Positions 51,787 through 64,000 of a stretch of DNA of 64,000 nt are shown in pieces. Source of the DNA: Ylistrum balloti (lineage: Eukaryota); NCBI RefSeq assembly GCF_031769215.1, contig NW_026781981.1, forward strand, positions 1,612,001 through 1,676,000, in the 5' to 3' direction. Made by a program: the position numbers and the translations under genes. The notes below the pieces were generated by a model. That model was not told the DNA's origin. It saw only the letters and a list, made by a program, of their open reading frames with translations, and ran no database searches. The first letter of the stretch is position 1. Each line of letters begins with the position of its first letter.

Positions 51787-54780
51787 AAAGTCTATCAGTG
51801 AGAAAGATGAAATTGGTATTTCAAAACTGGTTTACGTAAATAGTCCATGTTACCATTAATGATACTATTTAGTATTACACAACCAAATTGATGCTTTCAA
51901 TGGGATAAGACATGTGAAATTATTCTCTCGTTATTGTCAAAATCTCTTTCTGCGGGAAAGATTTATTGCAAATTCAAAAATGGCATGCTAATAATCATTC
52001 TTAGTTAATCCAAAACAAAATGTAACACTTTTTGATTTTATCATGATATACCGTTACCATTGTCGTTGTATCTTCACGGTAGACTGTTATGCGACGTCGA
52101 ACTCCAGAATCAGTATAAATAATAAAGTATATGTTCTGAGTTCTCATATTATCATCTACTGATGATGATGCAATTGTCATGGAAATATTTACTTTTTAAA
52201 TATATATCCTTTTGTATTTGTATGATTGATTGTCGATGTTTATTTAACGATTTATTAACACTACAATCTTTTAAGCGTTCTATGTCTTGTTAGTGATTTC
52301 ACACTTACTTTTAGTAATCTAATTATAAATCGCTAACACAAAATAGGAAATAGATTATGTTTTTTAAACTAATATAAAAATATGTGTAAGTTTCATAGTA
52401 TTGCTCTAGTCAGAATGCACGAACCCAATGATATCAACCATATTTAATGTTTTCTGTTTATTGTTTTTTTACATTAATATCACGTTCATTTATTCATTCA
52501 GTCATTTTTTAATCAAAGGAAAATAAATCAGTTCCTAGAATGTACTGCCGGAGAAATTTAGCTGTTGATTTCAAACGACTGTATGTTATCTAATGATATG
52601 TGAGGATCATCATTGTTTATGTACTTCAAGTATGTAGATTATATTAAGAGAATCACTGAAAGGTTCCAGAGTGCTTACACGTATATATCATATATATGCG
52701 GTAATAAAAGGATTTTTTTAACATATTGCCTCGCCTAATATTAATTATGAAATGTCACTTTCGTCTGATCTAAAGATAAGATTAGGATTTAAATTGTTTA
52801 AAAGACACAGTTGGTACAGGCTGGACTAACGACAGCACTATTGTTTTGAAACTAATTAACCGTAATTATCTTAATTTAGATTAAGTATAAATGTTAAGGA
52901 TATTCTGTGCAAATTGCTTGTTATATGTGTGTTTGTTGGGTTGCTATACCACGTCATCAATGAAAGACCTATTGAAATTATTTCAACACCTTACCCGGTA
53001 AACAAACCCACACTAACCTACATAGTGCGAATGAATAGAACCATTCTGTGAACATATTTAATCGTTGGAAAAATTATTGGCGACTTGAATATATCAAAGA
53101 GGTTTGTCGGTCAACATATTATTCTTAAAGAAAGTTATAGAAATGCTTCCCTAGGTACTTGTTTGATAATCTATATGAGAGAACTGCTAGTACAATAGAA
53201 TCTATTTACTCGTGTTTTATTAATAAAGTCCTTTCTTGTTAACGGTATTAAGCTATTTTCACAACAGAATGTATGGTTCTCCGACAAAGGTCGATTCCGC
53301 TCGCATCTGTTTTACATAATCTCGAAAATAAGAATCATCATCTCAATACAATTAATTTTGGAAGCTCATTTGCATCTTACGGCACAGCTGATAGCGACAG
53401 ATATTGATATTGAATCATTTGTGTTTCTAAAATAAAGCACTGATCTTGAAACGCCCAAGCTTATAACAGAATATGTTTTTATATTATTTTCATTTTAAAA
53501 CTAAATTATCACAATTTCACAGTGTATTTTTCTCTATTAGTTGTCATCGGAATTCAATTATCAGTGCAAAAATTTAAGGCATTGATTTGTGGAATACTGC
53601 ACCGTGTTCTTTTTAAAATTACGTATCTTCTACAAATACAGAAGTTGATAACGATATGAATATAGACTGTAATGTATATGTACTATGTTTCAGATAGACT
53701 ATTCACTATACACAAGTTTCTACGTGGAGAATTAGACACGAGTACATTACTATCAAATATATGTACTGTTGACAATGATTGCATCATTAACACCAGGCTA
53801 AATCTGAAGTTTATCTACAATTATAGATATTTAAATCCTTTGATGTCGAGTTTGTCTTTGCTCATGTTACACTCAGCATTCAATAAACTACCCGTCATAT
53901 ACTCTACAAAACAACCATGACGAGATTGAATATTTGCATGTGTAGGTACATTTAAATTACAAGGACTTTTATATAGACAAACGATCCATTCATTGCTGCC
54001 TTAAGAATATTCTTATAAGTGTCTAACATTACACGATCTACATTTCTTTGCAGGTCTGATAACCAGTATACGCAAGTTAACAAATTGTGTATAGATTAAG
54101 AATGATTTGTAAAATGTACATGAATCATGCAAATTTAAGAGAGCAGAGTAAGCTTACCATTTTTAAATACTTATTCATTTATTCAAATGTACATATCTAA
54201 ATATCATGAGATCATTAAACCTGAAGTGTATATGAAGTATAATTTGAAATCTTGAATCAAAATATAGTTTTAAACAGAACATCCGTTTGTATGTAAAACT
54301 CCTTTTTTGCGGCTTTGCACATGTAAGCTAACTATTAATGTTATAATCATCAAATTTCGGTTTACGTCATCGGTTCATAAAATTGATACAAACATTAACC
54401 TAAACACAAAAATAAACAAAGGTAACACACCCCTTAGTGTGTAGTACATCTGTCAAGCTATCGTGAGTTTGGTTAACACATATTTTTTGGCTTCATATAT
54501 GATAACGCAGGAGCACAAAACACCGTCGCCTTTAAACAAAAATGGCTTCCAGTACTTACTCCGATTTTCTCGTACACAGCATGCCATTAATATCTTTCCT
54601 TTGACTTAAGTTTGCTTATTTTGTAATTCAAATTACTCTTTTTAAGATGGAATAATGTTCATGTTATGTTATTTTGCGGTTTTATGTAATTTTTCAAAAT
54701 AAAATAACCAATATCTAGTTCATTTACTTAACCATAACTTCGAAAAAAGGAAACTAATCAATGGCCGCATTGATAATTAC

Positions 54781-55208
54781 AGTCAAACGCGAATGTTTGT
54801 ACAAAGTATAGCAAAGTCAAACGTTAGTTTTTGTACAAAGTTTTGCAAAGTCAAGCGTGAGTTGTTGTACAAAGTATAGCAAAGTCAAACGTGAGTTTTT
54901 GTACAAAGTATAGCAAAGTCAAGCGTGAGTTTTTGTACAAAGTATAGCAAAGACAAGCGTGAGTTTTTGTACAAAGTTTTGCAAAGTCAACAAAGTATAG
55001 CAAAGTCAAACGTGAGTTTTTGTACAAAGTTTTGCAAAGTCAAGCGTGAGTTTTTGTACAAAGTATAGCAAAGTCAAGCGTGAGTTTTTGTACAAAGTAT
55101 AGCAAAGACAAGCGTGAGTTTTTGTACAAAGTATAGCAAAGTCAAATGTTATTTTTTGTACAAAGTATAGCAAAGACAAGCGTGAGTTTCTGTACAAAGT
55201 ATAGCAAA
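54781..55208. repeat. 34-bp minisatellite, about 12 copies
   Basis: Unit GTGAGTTTTTGTACAAAGTATAGCAAAGTCAAGC. Confidence 0.95.
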
Positions 55209-56369
55209 CTACTAAAAATTCGCATTTAAATTTACTACTTTGACATTTTCCCTCAGTGATTAATATTTTTAGCTCTTATATGATCTTTTTGTTATAATTA
55301 CAAAAATGAATAACCTGGTCTCCAGTATGAAAATAACTTCATTCATGTTCAATATGAACAAGTAGTAAAGGACAAGTAAGAGCGTTACATATTGAATTAT
55401 GGTTATAAGTTTTGTATCGGAGATACCTCGAAGATGTAGGGTAATCATGATTTTCCTTTATATCATGTAATATCGTAGGATAGAATCACAACACCTTAAG
55501 AAGTTAATAGATCACTTTGGTAACACTGATTTTACAAAGATGAAAGAAAGGAAAACGTGTCAACGTTACATTGATTAGGGTTATTATCACAAAAAGCTAT
55601 TAGTATGACTTGAACCGGTTTTCCTATAGCCGATCGCGATAAGCATCAGAAAATTGACTGTCTGTGACGGATCAACGATCACCGTCAATTTGATCTCCAA
55701 ATTGATTAACGTCCTTAGTGATCTTAATAGAAAGGAAAGAAGACACGATGATATATCAGATGTTTGTTATAAGCTTACATATACCTACTAAAACCTCCTG
55801 TTTGGCTCATGCCATCAGGACCATTCAACATGGGTCATTTCAAGAAAGGGATTGGGGCTTTAGTCAAGTCCCAACTCTACCCAGCAGGAACAATAGAGGA
55901 CAGCATGAACTTGTTGCCTGTTGTGTATTTTATCCAAACCTAAAATTTAGATAAAAGCTTAATTTCGATTTATATTAGGATATGACTTATGTTTGAGATT
56001 ACTTGATGGCAATAAGCAGCGGTTAAATATCCTAATTCTTCCTGATATATCGTGTAATGATGGTATTCACTGCATTGTACCACAGTCTCACTAATTCTGT
56101 TGATAGAGCCTGGGATATGTGAACATGTCCTGAAACGTAATCACATGGATAATATGGCTAATAGATACTGTAAATAAAAAATAGGAAATTTTGAATATCA
56201 CAACGTCAAAAGCGTTCGTATCCACTACCTCAGTTTATTTCATAATAACGTTTTTTATGATAGAATTTCGTAATGTCCTGTCAGGGCCTCCTTGAAGATC
56301 TATCACAATATACCAATTTGATACTATAAGAACTACATTTGTTGACAAAAATCAAAAGACAGTCGAAAT

Positions 56370-57835
56370 GTATTCACTGATTGTCAATCGATAAATAGAC
56401 GAACGAAATTCACCGATCGGCCCATCTGTAAATAAAGGAGAGAAATTCAATAAAAAATCAATCGATAAATAGCCGAAAGGCATATCGGTAAATAGAGTAA
56501 CGAAATTCACTGAACGGTCAGTTGATAAATAGAGGAAAGAGAATATCTGAAAGGTCAATGGATAAAAGTCGCATACAATTCATTGACTGGTCAGTTAATA
56601 ATGAGAGACACCAAATTCACTGATTCACTAAACAGAAAATCGATAAATAACAAACAACATTTCACTAAATAGTCGATCGATATGCGATCAAATGAAATTC
56701 ACTGAGTGGTCAATCGATAAATAAAGGAATGAAACTTAATGGATGATCAGTTGGTAAATAGAGGAAAGAAACTTAATGGATGGTCAGTCGGTAAATAGAG
56801 GAAAGAAATTTAATGGATGGTCAGTTGGTAAATAGAGGAAAGAAATTCACTGAAAGGCCAATCGATAAATGGAGGAATGAAATTAAATGGATGGTCAGTC
56901 AAAAGATAGAGGAAAGAAATTCACTGAACGGTCAATATATAAATAGCCCTACGGAATTCATTAAAAGGTCAATCGATAATTAGCCTAACGAAATTCAATG
57001 AATGGTAAGTAGATACATAAAGGAACAACTTTCAATGAAAAGTCAATCAATCAATAGCATAATGAAATTAACTGAAAGGTTATTCTATTACTAGTCAAAA
57101 CAAATTCACAAAACGGTAGATTAAATGGCAGCCGAAATTCACCGAAACGTCAATCGATAAATAGAGGAATATTAAGTAGATTAAGAGTCTAATGAAATTC
57201 AATAAACGGTCAGTAGATGAAAGGAGGATTGCAATTGAAAAAAAGTCGCTACAAATTCACTGAAAGCTCGATCTGTTAAACGACGACCGAAATTCAGTGA
57301 AAGGTCAATCAGTTAAAAGACGAACGGAATTCATTGAACGGTCAGTTGATAAATAGAGGAAAGAGAGTATCTGAAAGGTCAATGGATAAAAGTCGCATAC
57401 AATTCATTGACTGGTCAGTTAATAATTAAAGACACCAAATTCACTAATTCTCTAAAAGGAAAATCGATAAATAACAAACAACATTTCACTAAATAGTCGA
57501 TCGATAGGCGATCAAATGAAATTCACTGAGTGGTCAATCGATAAATAAAGGAATGAAACTTAATGGGTGGTCAGTTGGTAAATAGAGGAAAGAAACTTAA
57601 TGGATGGTCAGTCGGTAAATAGAGGAAAGAAATTCACTGAAAGGCCAATCGATAAATGGAGGAATGAAATTAAATGGATGGTCAGTCAAAAGATAGAGGA
57701 AAGAAATTCACTGAACGGTCAATCGATAAATAGCCTAACGAAATTCAATGAATGGTAAGTAGGTACATAGGGGAACGACTTTCAATGAAAAGTCAATCAA
57801 CAAAAAGACGACCGAAATTCATTGAAAGTTCATTC
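56370..57835. repeat. Degenerate 33-bp satellite with an approximately 824-bp higher-order duplication
   Basis: Monomer approximately GAAATTCACTGAACGGTCAGTCGATAAATAGAG. The block starting at 56511 recurs nearly identically at 57335. Confidence 0.85.
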
Positions 57836-60800
57836 CTTATAAACATTGAATTAACTGAAAAGTGTGTCTTTGAAAATCTCTATAGGAGGACAAGGCGCCC
57901 ATTGATTAGAAAACGTGTATAATATCTACTCAAGTATTTGTGAAATAATATTTGCTTTAGCTATGTATTTAAGAGCAAATATAATTGATACATGCTAAGT
58001 ACGGGGATGTAAAAAACTGTATTCAATTTTTAAGCAAATAGAGCGACTTGACTGCTGTTAAATACATGTTAAAGTGACCGGCTAATTCGTCTACATGTTT
58101 GTAATAAAGTACCTTCATTGTTTAATAACATGAAATTACCTAGATTGCTTACCTGATGCATTGGTATTATATACGGAATAGAGGCCTATTTGTTAAGGTG
58201 ATATATCACGTCTCATAATTATTGCAAAATCGATTTGATTATAGTTTTATACTGCTGGGTGAGTACATATATCTTCCAATAATAACCGTAACAAATCTTC
58301 AAGATCTGTCACCAAGAATACTTTCACAATGTCTATGATATACGTTATATACAAAAACAACAAGAAAATATATAATAAAACTTAATAGTAATCCAAGCTC
58401 AAATACAAACATAATAATCAACTTCAAAATGTAAGTATCATACGTTGGGAATGCATTATTAGCATATTCAAATATTTGAACATTTTACCTTTTGTTTTGA
58501 CATCTAAAATATCTCTACCCGAAATCAATTACTGATAATAATTCTATCGCTCTATCTATATATCAAAATTCCACTAAAGGGCTACTCATTCAATCACAGA
58601 ATCATATTTCAGTAAGAAAGTGGATTGTTTAAATATGCCTATCTCAAAAGGGTGCTTTACAAGTCTCAAAATATTTTAATTAAGAAATAACAATCATTAT
58701 GTGATATTGTCCACTTCATTTGTTTATTCTTGAAGTGAAAGCATGGATAAAAGGTATAATTGAATACACACTTAAGCGGATTTTTAATGCAAATTTTCTC
58801 AATTGGGTTTCTTAACTGACCGACATTGCATTCTTTTTTCCTGTTTTTTGCCTCGAAAGATCTAAAATGGTACAAAATACAAAAAAAATGTAGTACAAAT
58901 TTAGAATTAGTTACGTTACTGCCTAATAATGAATTAAACTGTACCATACAGCTGTTTAGTCCTTTTATGACTCATAAGTGATGCAAAGAACCTAATGTTT
59001 GAAAGCTAGAAGGTGACTGATGAAAATCAAAAGTGATCGAAATATCGATTATAAGATCGCCTCTGGTACCTACGAAATGTACAGATTAAAGCTTATGACA
59101 TCTACAAGCTCGTAATATTAAATAACTGAAGATAACTTGATAACTGGAAATAAAGATACGTTTAATGGATCAATATGCTTATAAGAAAATTGAAATGATT
59201 AGGATAATCCCAGAAGAATATACATTACTGAAGTACAATCACATCATGTTTTGAACATTTTTATCGCGAGGGATATAATAAGTAATACATATTATAGACA
59301 AATTCAGAATATCATTACCTTTAACGGATAATTAAACCAACCATTTAACAATATTGAATTTTCCTACTCTGCACGATCCATAATGACCTCAGGCTCGATT
59401 GGATACTTTCAGTATAAAATGTAACATGACAATATCCGAAACTATAATAATTTCTCCATTGCAACACTTTATACTTCACTGATAAGTGATTTATATGTTG
59501 CAGTGCTTTCTCTTAATGTCAGTGAATGTATTGCCTGTAACATCGTTATTGAAATGTCGAGGCGTTTTAACATGTTAGGTTTTGCGGAATCAGCAACGGA
59601 AATCACAATCTGGTGAAAAGCAAAAGATAAGAACACTCGGTCGGTCCCTATCATAGCAATGCAAACTACTTCTATTGTATACTATAGTGTCTTTAGATAT
59701 GGTGAAAGGTTATTTGTTGATGGATTATATGCGTCTTAATACTAATGAAAAAGCATCAACAACCGGTTCGAGTAGTTAATTGCCTCACTTGATGTTAGGA
59801 AATGTTGTTTTTGAAGAGTTCCTACGCTGAGAGTCTGCGCCATCGAGCGTACCCTTGTAGTATTTGGGGCAAACTGACATGATTTCCTATGATAATTGTG
59901 ACTTTGATCTCATCACACCGATAGGCAATTACGTGTCTTATTTAACCTAGCTTTTCATTTAGTTGTCTTAAGATTATGGGTAGGACTATTTTTTAAAGAA
60001 GATTGAATAAATAAGACGTATCGTTTTGATTAGTCAATAAGTACACACATAGATGTATGCTGTAATGACGTATTTAGATGTTGTCTTATATCATCATTGG
60101 TAAACGTAATATAATATTGTTTATCATCATGTATATACCAGACCTCCGCCACATTGACTTCGCCCACGCTTAAAGCATATGTAATATCCGATTATAATTT
60201 TTTTTTTTACATAATCAATCACACTCTGATAATCACATGTTAAACTATGTAGATTGAAACATCAATTCATTTATTATTGAAGTCTTCACATTTCATCGTC
60301 GGACTTTGATATGACGTCATCACTTATATTTCGTGTGGGATTTATTATTGTATTAACACGCGAGGTGAATCAATCATGAATTTAAATCCCTTGAGATAAT
60401 TTGAACGAAAATAACCCTTGATGACATACATACTGATTCGGTTATCAATAGAGTCCATATATCTTACAGGACATCATTTGCGAATTTAAAGTCATTTCTT
60501 GTCCACGAAATCATGTATTCGCGAATATGTCTGAAGAAGTAAGTTTTCGGGAAAAAAAGTAATTTGCATTTAGTTGTAACGAAATGTGTACAATCAGGTA
60601 GTTATTGTCATCTTTTGTAAATCGTAATAACAGTGCATACGTTACACTAGACATCAATTTAAACTGCGCATCGTATGGGCCATACAAAATTGAACTTTTC
60701 CCAAATAATTAATATTGAAGAATGTGAAACAACGATATTAAGTTTATCTAGATATTAAAACAAATATACTGATACTAGTGTATACTATGCTATTTTGAAA

Positions 60801-61104
60801 TCCTCATTTTTATCTCTTTTTTTATTTTGATAATGTATATTTTACAATGAATTATTGATACTCATTTGTATCATTCCCTACAGAATTTATGAAAATGGAA
60901 AATCGACAATTTTATAGTCATCACTCAACATGTCATTCAAAATTGCACAATTACATGATCCTGTGTAGGTTCTGGTTGCAACGGCAGTAGTTGGTCAATA
61001 ACTGGCGTACGCTATTGGGAATCGATAAATTAATTGATGTCTTTTAATATCATTATCATAGCATCACCGTAATCCCCACTGAACAGACAACGACAGTGTT
61101 CAAA

Positions 61105-61411
61105 ATGCCGTCTCCGGTTCATGCATTGTTCTTAGTTGTGATTTGCAGTATTTCCATGTCATATGTTTTGGCTTCTAAGGACATTGTCGTTGCTTCTGTG
61201 ATATCAAACGGCGGAAATCTTCCGTATGACTACAGACGGGCGGCTCCTGCTGCTGACTTAGCGATGCTTGAGATAAATTCACGATATGCTGGTATCTTGA
61301 ATTTTACATACCTTTACAGAGATCCGGGACCGGACTGTTCTGAAAACGATGTTGGGGCAATTGCTTCTGACCTTTATCATCTTAACAACGTAACAGGATT
61401 CGTTGGTCCAG
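61105..61411 (+). CDS. First coding exon of a natriuretic peptide receptor / receptor guanylyl cyclase-like protein (ANF-receptor ligand-binding fold); the gene probably continues beyond the window
   Basis: Signal peptide MPSPVHALFLVVICSISMSYVLA is followed by LPYDYRRAAPAADLAM and GFVGPG, typical of the NPR-family extracellular N-terminus. A phase-1 donor G|GTAGGT lies at 61411/61412. I found no convincing second exon before 64000. Confidence 0.75.
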
Positions 61412-63014
61412 GTAGGTTACTTTGTTTTCCTCTTAGGAGTAAGTGTAAAGATATTTTGAAAATGTAAAGTAAGGAATTTTATTTTGTAGATAGCAACAGT
61501 TCATCAATATTCTGTACAGCATCATTTTTTTCGTCACGTTTATTAAGGTTTATTTGGTATGACACAAAGTTCTAAGTTGTTTGACAAACACTGGAATAAA
61601 GCATGCTCCAGGAATAAAAAAAATCGGTGTATTCCTGCAATTTTGTCCTGCGTGCATTGATTTAGGATAATCTGTTTATTGACGACGCCTACAAAAATGT
61701 TACCGACGAAATAGGTCTTCAAATTGGCAAAACAAAAACGCACTACTTCACGCAAAATATTCATTTTCCGTCTTGATATGTTTTGCCCATCTGTCTAAGA
61801 AGAAGTGAAACCTTAACACAAGTTTCTGTCATATTTGCTTTCTTGTCATATTATTTTCTCTCGCACCAATAGGAACACGTACCCCATAGGCGTCCAAGCT
61901 TTTAGGAATTTTTTTACAGATGCCGTATCTCATGGCATCGATGGCCTGAAACGCAGTGCCTATCAGACACACAAAAAAAAAACATTCCATATTTTGAAAT
62001 GTGACACTTGAATGACTAGTATGTTATCGCAGTAGTTATCAACTATTGAGTGACTTTTTACTGAAATAGGCATGGAAATTTAGATCCGTTCACAAATACA
62101 GAGCCCATTTTTAATTCCGAGATTGACACACACCACTACGTCCTATTATATAAATTATATTATCTTGATAGCATTTAATGGTCCCCAAAATGAGATTACA
62201 TGGACTGTTTTAAAAAAGTCTAAATCAGAGATTATACGTGTATGAGAAAGATAACTTCTAGAAATATGTCTAGAATCCTATTTGCAACTTACCTTATGAC
62301 AACGTTTGATAGAACAGAATGTATGGATCTTTCATTAATAAAGCGTTGCGGTAATTGACATACATATATCCGTTACTCAAGTAAGTCTCCTTTATTGATT
62401 TTACAGGTGAGGACGTATGCAATTGTCACTTTTATGACCCATTATTATATCACCTTACATTAGAGGTCTTTGACATCATACAGTTGTTTAGGATTAACGT
62501 ATACCAGGTCAATTTGGTTCAAATAATGTAAAATCTTACACTGGGCTCAAATCTACTGATTTTTCTGTGTTGAGAATTCACGAAGCAAGATTACAAGATT
62601 TAAAAACAGTTTAAAAACCAAACAACACAGCAAAAGATATTGGACACTAAAGTCCCATACTGTACATAACACAGCTTCAGTGGGTATATCATCAATTGTG
62701 TTTCTCAATGCTGGGATGACACTAATCGAAAATCTTTCTTTGGTTTACACTAATGAATCACCTTTGCTTTGCAACCATATTAGTTTATGATTAGACACAA
62801 TAGAACCAAATAATGGATTAAACTGCATCTTATATCAGTTTTAACCTTTTAGGACTAATGCTAGGGATATAAATAATCTAGAAAGTGTTTGAGGGTAATC
62901 AAAATTTTATTGATCCGATAAATTTGGAAGAACGGTACAATGAATTCAAATGTGACATGCATACGCAGCTTATGGAAAGCGTCGGAGACACACACACAAA
63001 ATCACCCTCCCTCA

Positions 63015-63083
63015 CCCACACACACACACAAAAACACACACACACACACACGCACACACACACACACACGCGCGCGCGCGCAC
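63015..63083. repeat. (CA)n microsatellite with a (CG)n tract
   Basis: Direct reading: cacacaca...cacacgcgcgcgcgcgcaca. Confidence 0.95.
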
Positions 63084-64000
63084 ATAAACCATCACAAAAA
63101 CATATCCAAAAGGTAATAGGAAGGTTGATTTGATAGTTTAATCTAAAACCTTATGTGTTTCATCAACAATGTATCATTCTCTAAAACTTTTTATTTTTAA
63201 AGAAAATCCTCTCAAAGTAACAAAGAATAACCATTCACTACCAGACTCTGAAGCTTGTAGTGAAAACGAGGTACAAAAACGTATTCAGTTTTTTTGTTTT
63301 TTTTTTTTTTAATTCTCTTTTAAAATTAGACTTGATCTTCAGGTGAATAGCAGTGAATGTTTGACTGTCTGGGTCCAGTTGTTCAGAGTTTCGTGGCTTG
63401 TGAACATTTTCAAATGTTAATAAAAAAAAAATGGAACATTCTTTATCATTTCAAAGTTTTAGATGTGTTAACAAAGGTCAGATTACTATTTGTGTCAATT
63501 TTGCTTTAAAAGTCAATCTATTTTCAATGGCAACAATTTCCTTTTCTATGTACCATTGGGAAACTCTAACCAAGTATGGAACAACGGGGATCAGACCTTC
63601 ATACTTTCGTACTTTTTTAATAAAGGTTACAGTGTTATTCTAATACTGTACACTCCAGACAGGGATTTATAAAGGAAATTTGCAAAAATACAAGTTGCAT
63701 CTTTTAATATTTTAAATAAACCTATATTTCAGATTTACTTTTTGTTTTGTGCACGACCATTTCCCATATCAAACTTGGAAATTAAATCACTTCGATTTAA
63801 CATCGTAATGGGATGTTGGCATACCTATAGGAACTAACTGCGCCCCTCTCTTGGTTGACTTTTTTATTCTTTAATTTTCTAACGGGTCTGAATTTATTGA
63901 AGAGTTTATCAAAACAGGTCACAAAGACCTTGCGTTTAATTTCATTTTCAAATATACTGATGACGTCTTGTCTTTTAATGACAATAACATGAACATCGTA

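Noticed and set aside
50500-55000. Short ORFs in the AT-rich spacer (51095, 53672 and others)
   Set aside because: They have non-coding composition, no motifs and no consistent splice structure.
11455-57835. CRISPR interpretation of the many short repeat arrays
   Set aside because: The units are contiguous without unique spacers, no cas genes are present, and the DNA is eukaryotic.
59016-59056. Second hammerhead candidate (CTGATGA...CGAAA)
   Set aside because: Stem II lacks the G-C closing pair and there is no stem I complementarity.
62885-63133. 82-aa ORF with HT repeats
   Set aside because: It is a translation of the (CA)n microsatellite.
61900-63400. Candidate second exons of the receptor gene (after AG at about 61919, 62406 and 63342)
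   Set aside because: The translations do not resemble the expected continuation after GPG, or hit stops immediately.

Overview
This is AT-rich, intron-containing eukaryotic DNA. An invertebrate, most plausibly a bivalve mollusc, is my inference from repeat families and gene style. There are no prokaryotic operons or CRISPR arrays. Two complete spliced genes were reconstructed by hand: a 6-exon FMO5-like flavin monooxygenase (minus strand, 533 aa) and a 15-exon carnitine O-acetyltransferase (plus strand, 627 aa, with an N-terminal mitochondrial-type presequence and C-terminal SKL). They sit head-to-head around an ETS/NRF1-type promoter. Also present are an intronless 170-aa ORF ending in a CaaX box, the first coding exon of a natriuretic-peptide-receptor/guanylyl-cyclase-like gene, two Tc1 transposon relics, a MITE, tRNA-derived SINE heads, a decayed RNase H-bearing LINE and many minisatellites. 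The most notable observations are (1) a 45-bp tandem repeat whose unit is essentially one whole minimal type I hammerhead ribozyme, with core mutations, and (2) an 80-bp minisatellite amplified from inside LINE ORF2. The first 11 kb contains exon-like islands I could not resolve with confidence.
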